Below are positions 13,250-25,969 of a DNA stretch of 64,000 nt, one piece after another. A program made the translations under genes and the position numbers. Every line of letters starts with the position of its first letter. Positions within the stretch are counted from its first letter, which is position 1. A model generated the notes under the pieces. The model was given only the letters and a program-made list of their open reading frames with translations. It did no database searches and was not told where the DNA came from. This stretch comes from Utricularia gibba (Eukaryota > Plantae > Magnoliophyta), in NCBI GenBank assembly GCA_002189035.1, contig CM007990.1, positions 3,658,001 to 3,722,000 of the forward strand, given 5' to 3'.

Positions 13250-15572
13250 GTAAGAGAACATATGTGAAGTTTGAGTCAAGATTGTAGTAAATTCAGAGAT
13301 TGTATGGATAAAGTTATGGAAAAGGGAGAAAGTGGTTATAATGAGTACGATTTCAAGCAACAAGCATTGGAATTATATAAACGTGAAGAAAAGAAGTGTT
13401 AGGAAATCTTACGTTTAGAGCCGAAGTGGTTATCAATATATAAAATTATATTTTCTATTATTTATCTACTATTTTTATTATAGTATGAATGCATTTATAT
13501 TTTTTTTATATTTTTTTTGCTAGATTCCAAGATCATCGGATGAGGGTTTCACAATGGGATCAAATGATCTAGTGACTCCACCTTTACACACTTCTTCATG
13601 TGTTGAAAAAGTAGCAATACCTTTAAGAAAAAAGGCAGCTAAATGCAAATGAGAACAAAATGAAGTGATTGACTCTACTTATTTCAAGAAGAAAGCATTT
13701 GATAGATATATGAATAGTATCTCGGGCCTTTGTCAAGATATTCAGAAGAAGATTGATGCGATGTGGGCATTTAATCATATATATTATGAAGATGTGCTTG
13801 ATAGATTATTTGAAAAGTACGTAAGTAAGATGATCCCTGAACAAAGGATCATGCATCAAATGATCTTTCAAGGTCTTGCAAATGCAAAGTTGTTAACTAG
13901 AAATGAAGGTACATTGAATAAGAACGTGGACGATGAGTTTTTGGATCTTTCTGATGATTGATAAGCTTTATGTAGCGTTTGGTGTTTGTCTTTTTTCCAT
14001 TTGAACTATGTATACATGATTCAGTATTTCATTATTTTAATTTTGTTTCTTTATTTTGTTGATAAATGCAAAAAAGGATTGGTACCAATACAAATGGTGC
14101 AAATTAAAAGGTTTAGTTGCAATATAAGTGATTGGCATAATTGAATCTGTTTTCTTATTTAAGATTCATGTATCAATATGATTTCCTTACTCAATTATTG
14201 CCATGAATCCATCATTTTCTAAACTTTTCTATTTTTTTTGCTGAGGATGACATAGATTATAAAGCAATTGTTCAAGAAGGATATAATTTCTTCTTCAATG
14301 ACTCAGATAAGGAGCCACAAGAACCTTTTCAACTACAACGTCCATGACAACAAGAAGGATATAATTTCTTCTTCAATGACTCAGATAAGGAGCCACAAGA
14401 ACCTTTTCAACTACAACGTCCATGACAACAAGTTGAACGTAATCGTGAATTAGGACATGAAAGATTGGTCGCTGATTATTTTTGCAACAACCTCACTTAC
14501 ATAGATGAACAATTTCGTAGGAGATTTCGTATGAAACATTCTTTATTTGAAAGAATTGTTGAGACTATTAAATATTAAAATCCCTATTTTCAAGACAAGG
14601 TAGATTGCACAAGTCGCCTAAACTTAAGCCATTTACAAAAGTGCATGGCTACTATGCGTTTGTTAGCTTATGGTTCCAGTGCTGATAGTGTTGATGAATA
14701 TATTCGAATTGGAGAGGCAACATCCATCAAATGTATTCGTTATTTTGTTACAGCCATTTGCTCTTGTTTTTTCAGAACAGTATTTACGATCACCCACAAT
14801 AGAAGACTTGGAGTGTTTGCTTGCTTGGAGCGAGGCTAGGGGATTTCCTGGAATGCTTGGAAGTGTAGATTGCATGCATTGGGAGTGGAAAAATTGTCCT
14901 GTGACATGGCATGGTCAATTTAAATGTGGAGACCATCGTAAACCATCACTCATGTTAGAAGCGGTGGCATCTTATGATACATGGATATGACATGCATTTT
15001 TTGGAATGCCAGATGCAAATAATGATATCAATGTTTTATGTCATTCTCATTTACTAAATGAGTTACATAATGAGATTGCACCATGAGTTCAATTCACTGT
15101 CAATGGTAATAATTACGACATGAGATATTATTTGATTGACGGTATTTATCTGGAATGGGCTGTGTTTGTGAAATCTATTACACTACCACAAGGTCGAAAA
15201 GCTCATCGTTATGCTCAATTCTAAGAAAGTGCTAGAAAAGATATAGAGCATACTTTTGGGATACTACAAAGTCTGCTTGGAATACTAACATCTCTTGAGA
15301 AATCTTGGTATTGAAAAACTTTTGGAGATATTATGTATGCATGTATCATATTACATAATATGATTGTAGACGATGAATGTCATATCATTCCTGAAAATAA
15401 CACTATGGATGAAAATAGAAGATTTATGACTGTTGAACCACCGGAAATTTATAGAGATGTTGGGATTAATATGCAAAGCTATTTTGGTCGAATTGAGCAT
15501 TCATGTAATATTGGTATCCGTGGATGGCTAAAAAATGATTTAATTGAGCATATTTGGACAAATTTTAATTGA
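13250..15572 (+). mobile_element. PIF/Harbinger transposon relic 1: ORF1 (Myb/NAM-associated-like) plus DDE nuclease, both pseudogenised
   Basis: ORF1 remnants SGYNEYDFKQQALELYK..C*EILRLEPKW and PLRKKAAK (~13330-13960). Transposase remnants MRLLAYGSSADSVDEYIRIGE, RGFPGMLGSVDCMHWEWKNCP, EAVASYDTWI, NNDINVL, YLIDGIY, ACIILHNMIV (~14500-15572), with stops and frameshifts. Subterminal inverted similarity near 12365 and 15760; true ends unresolved. Confidence 0.9.
14273..14432 (+). repeat. Perfect 78-bp tandem duplication inside the Harbinger transposase 5' region
   Basis: caagaaggatataatttcttcttcaatgactcagataaggagccacaagaaccttttcaactacaacgtccatgacaa occurs at 14273 and 14351. Confidence 0.95.
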
Positions 15573-16141
15573 TTTTTAGATTGTTTAGTAATTTTTTTTA
15601 TGATTTTGTAATTTTTTTTTATCAATTTCAATGTTTAAAATTGAAATATATTTTGAAATCTTTATTTTAATATTATTTTAGTATTAGGATTTCTGAAAAT
15701 CAATACAAACATAAAAAAACTTTAATAATGAAAACTCAATAACTCAATTTCTAAATGACATGTCAGTATTTCCAAATTTTTGTTTTTATTTTTGGCTAGG
15801 TAAAAACGGAGCTGCTGTCACGTGTCCTTTAGTTCGGCGCTGGTAGACGACTCTCGAGGCTCGGGCTTGGGTTTGTTCTCCGTTCTCGCTCCACACGGAG
15901 GCGGGTTTGTGTTTCTCTGCTGGCCCCTGCACGCTTTTTTTCTTTTGTGTACTCCGAATTTGTAGAACTGGGGTGTCAAGTTTACCGATACTCCCTAATG
16001 AAGTTGCGTTCTTGTATTTGGGAATGAGATTCTCGCGAATTTTATGTTGGAGAAGTGGGTAGTTCAGTACCGTGCATTGAAGTTCTGTTTTTGCCAAGAA
16101 GAAACCTGGTATCGTTGTTTCAGTGAGAATCGCAGGTAGAA

Positions 16142-16824
16142 ATGATGGAAGGTGAGTGGAATCAGAATTCGCTTGGCACAGAATTTGCATAAACACATTG
16201 CTTTCGCATAGCCCTGGCTCTTTTAGGTTTTATGAACAAAACCAAAAAGAAGAGTTTTTTTTTTTTTTGTGGAGATTATTTTAAGGCATGATTAGCTAAG
16301 CTACTATGCTTGCAGGCAAGAATGATGGAAGTTGCAGAGCTGCAGCTCCAGACGAATGCCCTTCTGTTACCAGTGAAGATATTAAAGGACCTGGGAATCG
16401 TATCATCTCTGGATCAAGCTACTCTATTGCAGATGTGAACATGGAAGCCTCTATATCTCCTGAGGATATAATCTGTGCTGGAGGTCTGGGAGCTACTGAC
16501 GACATCGGTAGCATCTTCCCAGTTGCCAGCGATTCAACTGATTTCGAGGCACGTCTTATTGAAGCTCAAGAATGTGAGCCTCTTGAGGATGCCACTGCTG
16601 GAACAGAACCTGGGAATGAGAGTTTAAACATGGGGGCTCCTGCTACTTGCGATGAAATGATCCGAGCTGGAGGATTCGGAGCTACGGATGATATCAATAG
16701 TTTCCTTCCAGTTGCAAGTGATTTCACTGATTTTGAGGCTCACCTTCGTGATGCTCAAGACTATGAAGATCCTGGCAAGGAAGTAAATCGGCATGGACTT
16801 GGTTGGGTCGAGGGAACCAAGTGA
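16142..16824 (+). CDS. Small acidic protein of unknown function, join(16142..16151,16316..16824), 172 aa, two copies of an AGGxGATDDIxSxxPVASDxTDFEA motif
   Basis: Mini exon ATGATGGAAG|GTGAGT and acceptor TTGCAG|GC are phase-compatible with ORF 16306..16824. GC-richer leader-like region at 15800-16140 with CACGTG at 15819-15824. The C-terminal motif resembles an uncharacterised plant protein family from memory; no name can be given. Confidence 0.8.
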
Positions 16825-17019
16825 ATAGCTGCAGTTCTGGATCCTGCTATACAATGGATCATGTTTTTCCCCTCCCTGCAATTACAGGTAATCCAAAACA
16901 AGGTGTTGATGGAGGATGCAACAACAAACTTGTTTGCTTTGCAAGACTCCTAACAATTCCAGGGATCTTTTGATATTACAGTGTCTACAGACAATTCCAC
17001 CATGAAAGTTTTACACGGT

Positions 17020-19260
17020 TTACCTGTCAAACAAATGGCATCTCAGAGTTTTCACTATGCATTCCAAAATCTCTTTGTTTGCCGCAAGGTATGCTAAAAC
17101 ATCCTCCCTACTGTGGAAGACTTTTCCTTTTATGAAATAACGGCCTCCGTCATGAGCTATGACACCATGTTCACACGCCAAATCTAAGGTTTCTAGTTCC
17201 CTCAGAATTCCACTGCCGAACCCAATACTTAGCTCAGCTTTCGCCATGGAAGGTGCTAGTTTATTCTTAACTACCTGCACGCAGATCCCAAGACCAGCTG
17301 CCTGGACATGCAGAAATCATTCAGACACTAGGAAAAGCATGCATTTTCATCTTGATGATGCTCTCATGAATCTCACCTTGTCCGCTGTCTTGAGCAAACA
17401 CTTTCTGCTAATTCTCATTCGTATGGCAGCATGAAATTTAAGTGCATTACCGCCACAAGTTACTTCTGATTGCACAGAGCCTTCTACCGATTTCACGCTT
17501 CTTCTTATCTGAGACAGCGGAAGAATTTCTTCAGAGCACAAAAACGCAAATATGTTCGATTCCTACCATTAAGGTGCTAGTTTCGTAACCTGGTTGATGA
17601 AAAGAATAACTGTGCTGGAGTTGCACATTGAATAATGCAGCTTTCTTAATGCTTGGGTCATTATCTTGGATTGCAAATCCACTGAAGAGAAGCATTCCAG
17701 AGCATCAACGTCACGCTGAGGGATGAGAGCAGCAACCTGCAACGAATCGGAAAGATGACATCCTTGGCTCTCAAAGTTTTCTCGGATTTCATGCATAATC
17801 TCCTATCTACACAGGGACACCGCTGCATGAGAAATGTGCAAGCCCAATTCATTCTAAACACACTTCAGGACTTGTTTCTCCGCAGTGACACGTAAACAGG
17901 AAGTTTTTTGAGGCATACACTGTCAACAACAATCACAGAGATGGCTCCAGATTTTGTTAAGGTGTCAACCACACTCATCAGATTTTCGGCAGAATCAGGT
18001 TGTGAAACAAGCAGATTGTCTGTGTTGACACCGATGGATTCTGCGACAGACGGGTCCAGTGCATTCTCCACATCAAGATACGCACAATAACCTTTCCACA
18101 CAAAAAAAAAAAAAAAACACAGACGGGATGAATAACCACAAAAGAAAGCCCTATGCAGGCCACCGAAATACGCAGAGACTAACTTTTGGAAAAAAATCGC
18201 CCTTCGGAAAATGGCAGCTGTTCCAAGTATAACACTTTCAAATTACTAGATGGACCAGAGCGGCATATTCCATTACCCTCAGATATAACAAAAGCAAAAA
18301 GTGTTACTAACCACCAAGCTTCTGAGCTTCCCTGATAACATGCAACGCAAGCGTTGTCTTTCCTGACGCTTCCTGCCCATATATTTCAACCATCCTTCCC
18401 TGGTGAGACCATCAGAGTAACTCATAAATTCCCACGATTCCATGTATAGACAAGAAACATCCACAGAAAAAACAACAGAAAATCTCCATGTTAGAGAGCT
18501 ACAACCTCAAATCTTCCATTTCCTAATCTTCGTGTTGATTGTACCGATCGATCAAGAAATGCACAGATCCAACCAACATGTGATTTTTTAGGGATTATCT
18601 AGAATGGGATGGTTTTAGGAGGTTAACACAAGTGCCCATATCCCTTAGTTTCTCTACAGCATACTCGATGAGCAAGCTGGTCTCAAGAACATTTTCTACT
18701 CACATCTCCAAAATTCTAAAACATTATTTATCCGACAGAAAAATGAAAAACATGCTTTTGATAGAAACCAACCATGGGTAGCCCTCCGATCCCAAGTGCA
18801 AGGTCAAGTCTCAATGAACCAGTAGATATCACTGGAGCTCGTCTGGATCCAAAAAACCGATGCAGAGATATCATAGGTTCTTTACCACCAAATCCCCCAG
18901 AAAGGTTAGAAAGAGCGTTTCGCAAAGCAGCGCCTTTCTCAGTCGCCTTGGACTCATCCACAATATGATCATCATACTCTGAAGCATCAACTACGAAACA
19001 AAAACACAAAATCATATAAAGCAAACCATTCTGAGCAGCAAATACATTTCAGTTGAGCGGAATTCTACTAGTTGGAGTGGCAGCAAGAGTGCTCCGAGCC
19101 CTTCTCCAAGAAAATCCAGCCTGTCAAAAGGATGAAGCGAAACAGCGTCTCAAAAACCGAAAGAGACGGAGGAAGCGAAGGCGTATCTTAAAAACCGAAA
19201 GTGTACCTGCCACCTACATAGCATCAGGGACGAATTAACGGCCCTCGAAGAGGAATTCAT
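17020..19260 (-). CDS. RECA3: DNA repair protein RecA homolog 3, mitochondrial type; exons 19260-19207, 19120-19069, 18990-18773, 18399-18312, 18091-17919, 17736-17590, 17508-17377, 17301-17020 (~381 aa)
   Basis: [19 protein letters not shown], Walker A GQEASGKT, Walker [27 protein letters not shown]. The short C-terminus lacks an acidic tail, as in RECA3. The six 3' exons are frame-consistent with GT-AG borders. The first two exons are inferred; an alternative start at 19360 (MAPFFGVSSGACPK) is possible. Confidence 0.93.
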
Positions 19261-19399
19261 TCTGGAAACCCTCAAAATTCACTTGCAAGAATACCTATAG
19301 TTCAGTCCTCACCAATACCTTAGGGCAAGCTCCCGAAGAAACACCAAAGAATGGCGCCATTTTTCATGAAAACAAGCTCAAGGAGAAAGCCAAAAACCC

Positions 19400-19904
19400 C
19401 GCCTAACTCCGAAGTCACGGGCCGATTTTCCATGGAGCCGTACTATTCAGACTAAGCTCAAATCCTTCAGCCCAGTGGGACAAGCATTATACTTTCTTCG
19501 ATTTAAATGCATTTTCATAAGCCCATCAACGGGCACTATTCCAATCCGTCCGTTAACGAATCGGGCTAGGCCTCAATTTATAAGCACGGCCCAGGTCTAT
19601 TTTCCGAATGAGGCCCCACGCTAACCTGTATGCCCAGGCCTATTTAAAGGAGGAGGCTCTGTTTGATATAGGCCTGAAGCTTGCCAACTGTGCCGGTGGG
19701 CCCATTCATTAATGAGTTGGGCTGAAGGCCCAATAAGATTTCAGTTACGGCCCAATATCCATATACAGTGATGGCTACCCACCTTCGGTCCCTTTCCGGC
19801 CCGAAACTACGGAGCTCAGGTTTGGGTCCAGAGGTCCATTCGCCTGACCTAAGGTCATCCCAAATCCAATTCCCGATTAGGGCCAGCCATGACGTTTAGG
19901 GTTT
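19400..19904 (-). promoter_or_regulatory. Site II (TGGGCY) cluster plus telo-box upstream of RECA3
   Basis: AGCCCA 19469 and 19520; GGCCCA 19588, 19699, 19727, 19749; TGGGCT 19718; telo-box AAACCCTA on the minus strand at 19904-19897. Confidence 0.6.
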
Positions 19905-21745
19905 AGGAACTCAAAATGACTTCACTGTGTGAAGTCCCATTTTCCATCGTTATCCATGTTTTCAAAGAGAATGGCCCCTCTTTGATCTCAAGGATTCTGC
20001 TTCCTCTAGCCCAGTTCCCGTATCCGCCGTAGCCGGTGTGCCGGGCAAAACAGAGCCACAGTTTGTTGAAGGGACAACACCAGTCCAAGCCGTGGTTATG
20101 CCCCACAAACACAGCCTATAAACCACATGAAAAAAGCTGTGATATGATCCCATTTTTTCGACTCAAAACACAATACTTTTAAGTTCGAATGAATGAATGG
20201 AAGGCCTTGCCTTGACAGATGATCTTTGCTCGAGAACCTGCATTATTCCCATTTCAGCTTGCTGAGCTGCGACCTGCTCAGCAAACATCGAGCCTACACA
20301 CTTCGGATTCCCATTGGAGTTCGGGGCTATGCGTTTGTATGACTCGGTTGGGATGTGCCAGAATACTATCTCAGGAACACTTGATAGGCATAAAGAAACT
20401 GCTTTAGTGTTAATTCATGCGTAACGAGGGCCAAAAATAGTTATTCTTCTCTTACCTTTTATTACCATTAAGACGTGCAGCTTCCAGCTGAAACCATTTC
20501 ACTTGAGCATGGGATATAACCTCTGGGTATGAACCGCCACCCGAATCAAGGAAATACATATAACATACAGGAAGTTGAGAATCTCCAGAGGAGATCTTGA
20601 GAACATAGTTGGAAACTCCAGGCCAAAGATCTTTTGGGCCTATTGATGAATATGATAATGCATTCTTCTCAATCTCACTTCTCATCAACTCCAGTCGTGT
20701 TGCACCTTGAAAGCTGCATTCTCTGTAACCTGAAAAAGAACAAGATAACGCAAAGTTATAATATCAACGGAAAGTATTGCCCTTTGTTATCCTTATTTAG
20801 ATAGTAGAAAAATTGACTGTGACCCCATGGTCCACAATCCATACCTGACGAAGAAGCATCTGTGGCTGGACAAGAAAGCGGGGGAAATCCGGTTTTGGAA
20901 AACCACTCCAGCGGCCATTCAAATGAAGCATCATCATGATTACCAAATACACTGCACCATGGAGTATCCCTTTCTCTAACAGGGGATATAGCCTGATCCC
21001 AATACAGGCTTGCATTAGCCACCATCATGTTGTTGGCCGTAATCACATCACCAAGGTAGACAACAAAATCTGTCAAACGAAACACCAAGCTTCTTCTACC
21101 ATCAAGTGTGCAATAAAAATCATGCGTCTCATCAAACAAAAAAAAAAAAAAAAAGAAGAAAGAAACAGACACAGTAGAAGAATTATTAGTCCGAAGACAA
21201 ATAATGCTGAATCGAAAATTGTAAAACCGAACACACATTGCTAGAAATCTTGACTCTAAAACAGACAGACTGTAACTTGCTCGAAACAAATGGTGACCGA
21301 AGGCACAGTGAATCGAAAGAATTTATACCTATGATCCACTAGTGAAACACTATTAGTAGCATGAAATCATACCCCATTTCTCGTCTCAACACAATTCTCT
21401 CAGGTCTCGACCCTAAAACAGATGGATTATAACTCGCTCGCAACAAAAGATAGGTCATAACTTGAATATAAGTGAATCAATCTGAAGCAGATATAGGCAA
21501 TCACCCGGTTGCTCTAAGTCGAGCACTGAAGACATTACCCTTCGCGAATTAAAATCCTGAAGTGGGCCCCACTCCGTCCAGGCGTCTTCTCCGAAGTGGA
21601 GGTCTGCGAAAAGTGCGATTTTGAAGGATTTGCCGGTTGGAAGCCGAATATTGCCCGGCGGCGCGACGGCGGCATCGAAACCGCAATTCCCGTACAATCG
21701 AACGGCTAGGATCAAAGAGATCAACCTCAAATGGCTACTCCACAT
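19903..21745 (-). CDS. PAP16: Probable (inactive) purple acid phosphatase 16-like calcineurin-like metallophosphoesterase; exons 21745-21505, 21069-20845, 20729-20456, 20379-20211, 20115-19903 (373 aa)
   Basis: Motifs [57 protein letters not shown]. All exon phases are consistent. The last intron is GC-AG. Confidence 0.92.
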
Positions 21746-22910
21746 CTCATTAAATCCACGTCTGAAATCTGTGGAAGCCTATAACTAACTATAATCGGAT
21801 TCCGGAGGCGCAGACGAGGATATAAGAGTATGATTGTCACATTCTGAGAGCACTTACTAACAAACTTAATAGTTTTATTCAATAATAATTTTTTTGGTGT
21901 TGGTTTACTATGTGCAGCTGCAGCATATTTCATATTCCAAATGGCAGTGATGCTCGTCAGACCCATGACAAGTCATACTCGTGTATGAAGAAAACAAGTT
22001 AAGCAGATATGGTATGTATTACAAGAGAGTGCATTGTTTTTTCATTGTGTGATAAAAATGACCATCACGTATATAAAATTTTTTTCTCAGTGTGCGAGAA
22101 AAAAATACCCGATGACCAATTTTTTCAATGATCCAACCGACATATGATGTGTTATATCAAACTCACAGATTCAAATGGATTGGATCTTTAAATCCATTCA
22201 CTATAGAAACAATTCACTTGTGAAGTTCTCAATATCATAAAAATTGTTGTGAAGCTAAATTTAAATATTTTTATATTTATTTGTATCCTAGTATCCAATA
22301 TGAATAAGATTGTTTTTATTTTTTTTAATACTATATCATCATTAAATACATGACATGTTAAAAAAGATACAAGAATTAAACTTAAATCTAAAATTAAATG
22401 ATTTAGAAATAAAATGTGAAGTATATGTAAAAGTAAAGTTGATTAATAAAACATATTATCCTATGATAAAAGAAAACATATACACGTATTTATTTGTTAA
22501 AATATAAAGGTGAAGCATTTGATAAATTTATAATATTTGAAATTCAGGTATAAAATGAAAAAAATTGAAGCCTTGTATTATTTGATCACTTGTGCAAAAT
22601 CATGACATAATATATGATAAGATTTTATCATATTCTCTAATTTCAATGAGGTAGCAGAAACAAAAAAATATAAGATTGAATAAAATGATAAATTCAATAC
22701 ACATTAGCTCTGTTGCTACTTATAACATATGATAGAAATCTATCCTAACTAAATATTATATTCAAAATAAAATTCCACACAAAAAAAACTAGGAGAACTT
22801 GATGTAAAATATAAAAATGTATATCTCTAAAATATTCGAAAGTGTGAGAATCTTTAGTAAAAATAATATTACTTGAATTTAATAAAAGAAAAATTGAATA
22901 TAATATTCAC

Positions 22911-23107
22911 CGATAATAGTTCAAATTGAAAATAATTATTCATTAGAAAACATTTTTGTGATAGTGTTGCCACGTTCTTTCCCTTCAAATATTTTAAAAT
23001 TGCTAACATTAGCAATGTAATATTACAATGTTAGCAAACCAAGGTTCCCCGACAATAATTCAAATTGAAAATAATTCTTCATTAGAAAAAACTTTTGTGA
23101 TAGTGGC
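22911..23107. repeat. ~60-bp dispersed direct duplication
   Basis: ccga(t/c)aata(g/a)ttcaaattgaaaataatt(a/c)ttcattagaaaa..ttttgtgatagtg at ~22911 and ~23049. Confidence 0.75.
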
Positions 23108-23591
23108 TAGGTTTTATCTTTTTCAAATATGTCTCTGATTTCAATGTTAAATTTTTTTAACAAGGATTCATCTTATAATTCTTAATTTGAAATTCTTCTT
23201 CTTCATTAGGTATTTTACCATGATTTATATAAAGTTCTATCATGTTTCCTAAGAGATAATACTTGAAAATTTCCAAAGTAAATATAACAATGAGATATTC
23301 TTTCTTCATCATACTATGATTTTTTAGACTTCATCTAATGTCTTGCATGTATAGAAAATAACATAATGCTTTTCATTAATCTCTTATCCTAATACTGTTC
23401 CTATAACATGGCAATGAGGATCACACATACTTTCAAAATCATATCTTTAGTTTGATGGTTGTATAAAAGAGGTACTCATCACAATTGTTACAAGAATTAT
23501 AAAAATTAAAATATGTATTAAGATGTCAAAGTCCACTAAGGGGTAGTGAAATTTTAGAAAAATTATGAATAAATTTGGCATCTAATAAGGA

Positions 23592-23730
23592 CGGTTAATT
23601 TGACATCTAACCTTCTTCACAAAATCCCTTTGCTAAATGCTCTATTTTGAAATTATTGGTCAAATAATTCTATTTTATGTATGTATTAGTTAAATAGCCT
23701 GATTTTTATCATTAATAAAAAATAGTTAGT
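23592..23730 (+). mobile_element. Single degenerate TIR arm related to the MULE foldback at 3008-3870
   Basis: ttgctaaatgctctattttgaaattattggtc..tattagttaaatagcc aligns by eye with ttgctgaatgtccctatctagaaattcttggct..tattagctaaatagct (3046-3120). Partner arm not found. Confidence 0.5.
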
Positions 23731-24681
23731 TTTTATTTACAAAAACAAAAATAATCAGCCAGCAATTTTTCATGTAGTAGAAAAAGAACATTAATTAGCA
23801 AAAAATCATTTCTATTTAAGAGCAAAAATAATAAATCTAATATAAAACATAGAAAAAAAACTTAGGTTTTGAAAGCCACAAAATGAAACCAGAGAAACCA
23901 AGCAATGAGAATAATGAAAAATGGCTGGAGAAAAGATAAATTGCATCAAAAAGAAGTTTACAGACAAGATACAAAGAGAAATAGCAACTATGAGATAAAG
24001 ATAAAGTGAGATACCAAGATGCTCACTAGCTTTTTTAGCCTCGTTTCTTTCCTCACTCTACTTACGCAAACAAGGCTCTATCATTGATGGCTATAGTATA
24101 GTATAGTATGAAATCATAATATTTTATAAATAAAACTTTATAGTATAGTATGACTATACTATAATTTTAATAATAAAACTTTGTCCATATGTTTGCACGT
24201 ATGATATTTTCATTTTATTGGGCATTTTTTTGAATCAAACAATATTGGAAATATGAATTTTTAAAACTTGAATAAATAAATTGTTTAATAATAACATTTT
24301 TGAAAAATAAATAAATACTTTCAAATTAATAGAATTGTTTTTAAGGTATAAAGATTTATAATTCAGAAAACCAAAACGATTATTTTTCAAAAATTTTGGA
24401 ATACTTATTTCAAAAGAAAATTTAAATTTTTCTAAAAATTTAATAAAATGTTTTCTAAATACTTATTTTAAATAAATAATATATTATTATTTTTCTTTAA
24501 TAATAACTAATTGTTTTTTTATAATGAATAATACTTAGTTAATAATTTTGATATTATGAATACATGTTTCACAAAAAAAAGATATGCTATGTAAATATTA
24601 TGATAAAACTTATGCATAATCCATTTTTATGAAAATGGTTATTGCATATTAACAAAATACAAGTTATAATATTTATAATAC

Positions 24682-24698
24682 ATATATATATATATAAT

Positions 24699-24745
<47 letters not shown>
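24682..24745. repeat. Interrupted (TA)n microsatellite
   Basis: Direct inspection. Confidence 0.9.
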
Positions 24746-24752
<7 letters not shown>

Positions 24753-25769
24753 GTAATATTTATAGTTTTCTATATTCAATTATATACAGATCACACGATG
24801 AATATTTTTATAAAAAAGGTTTTTAATATTGGATAGTTTTCAAAATAACTATTCCTTGTTTACGACTGTAGGAGAGTCTAGAGTGATGGTGACACAATTC
24901 CAAATAAAAAAACATATCGCCTTTGTGCAACGACACAAAATATTCGATTCTTGATTGATTTTAAACTTCAAATATGAAAAAAGAATATTGATTTAATTTA
25001 CATATCGTTTTAATATATACCAAACCAGCTCTTGGATTTCATCTTTCACATCATCAAAACTCTCAAGAGTCAACTAAATCTACGTTTGGAAAACCTATGA
25101 ATCACTTTTAATATAAATATTGTTAAGTTAAAATCATAACAAAAATTATAATTTAAAAATCATATAATATTTCTATAATAGAAATAGTATATACAAATAT
25201 TTTTTAATTATAAAGTTATAAAATATAATTAATAATATATATGAATAAATATGTTATTTAATTATCAAAATCAATTCTGATTTTTTATATTCCAAATATG
25301 AATTCATTTTATAGTAATAATTATAAAAAAAATACTTTCAAATATATATCGATTCTAATTCTATTAAAATTTTCAATTCTATTAAAATCAATTTTAGAAT
25401 GATTTTTCTCAACATGGACTAAACGTTTCATGTTAGTGTGCCGAAAATGAAGTAAGGATGAATACTTCTTTAGCTTCAAAACTTAGAAGAACGTCACATA
25501 ATTACAATTTTAATTTAAATGAAAATATAGAGTTTTATTGTGTATGCACACCCACCCCTACAGGGTATATTATTAATTATGTGTATGCGTGTATTTGCAT
25601 TAAAAGAAATAAATAAAATAAACAATGCAGTGCGCTACGTCATCGATTGATTGGGGGTAATTGAACCGACGGCCGAGATCTGACCATCACCTACTCCAAC
25701 CCAACTCAACCCAGAAAAAGCAATATAAATAATATTATTTATTAAAATCATTATATTAATAATGTTATG

Positions 25770-25960
25770 CACCACTAGCAGTGACGCTTTCATATACACA
25801 ATGAGTGGCGCCATCAATGATGAAGTCTTCTCTAAGGCGCCTTAGGTAAGGCACCGTTCGTGATGGCGCATTAGATAAGGCACCATACATGATGGCGCTA
25901 TAGATCTGGTAAGCCCCTTACTTCTTCTTCTATATATATCACACATCTTAACAATTTTTT
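25770..25960. mobile_element. DNA-transposon subterminal remnant with GGCGCC/GATGGCGC repeats
   Basis: Two ~30-bp units (taaggcacc..tgatggcgc) and the palindrome TAAGGCGCCTTA at 25832-25843. Superfamily uncertain. Confidence 0.35.
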
Positions 25961-25969
25961 TCATTCATC

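Noticed and set aside
15786-16196. 136-aa minus-strand ORF
   Set aside because: Antisense to the leader, intron and mini-exon of the acidic-protein gene; no domain features.
19053-19238. Basic 61-aa + strand ORF with an NLS-like KRRRKRRR run
   Set aside because: It is the reverse complement of the pyrimidine-rich first intron and second exon of RECA3.
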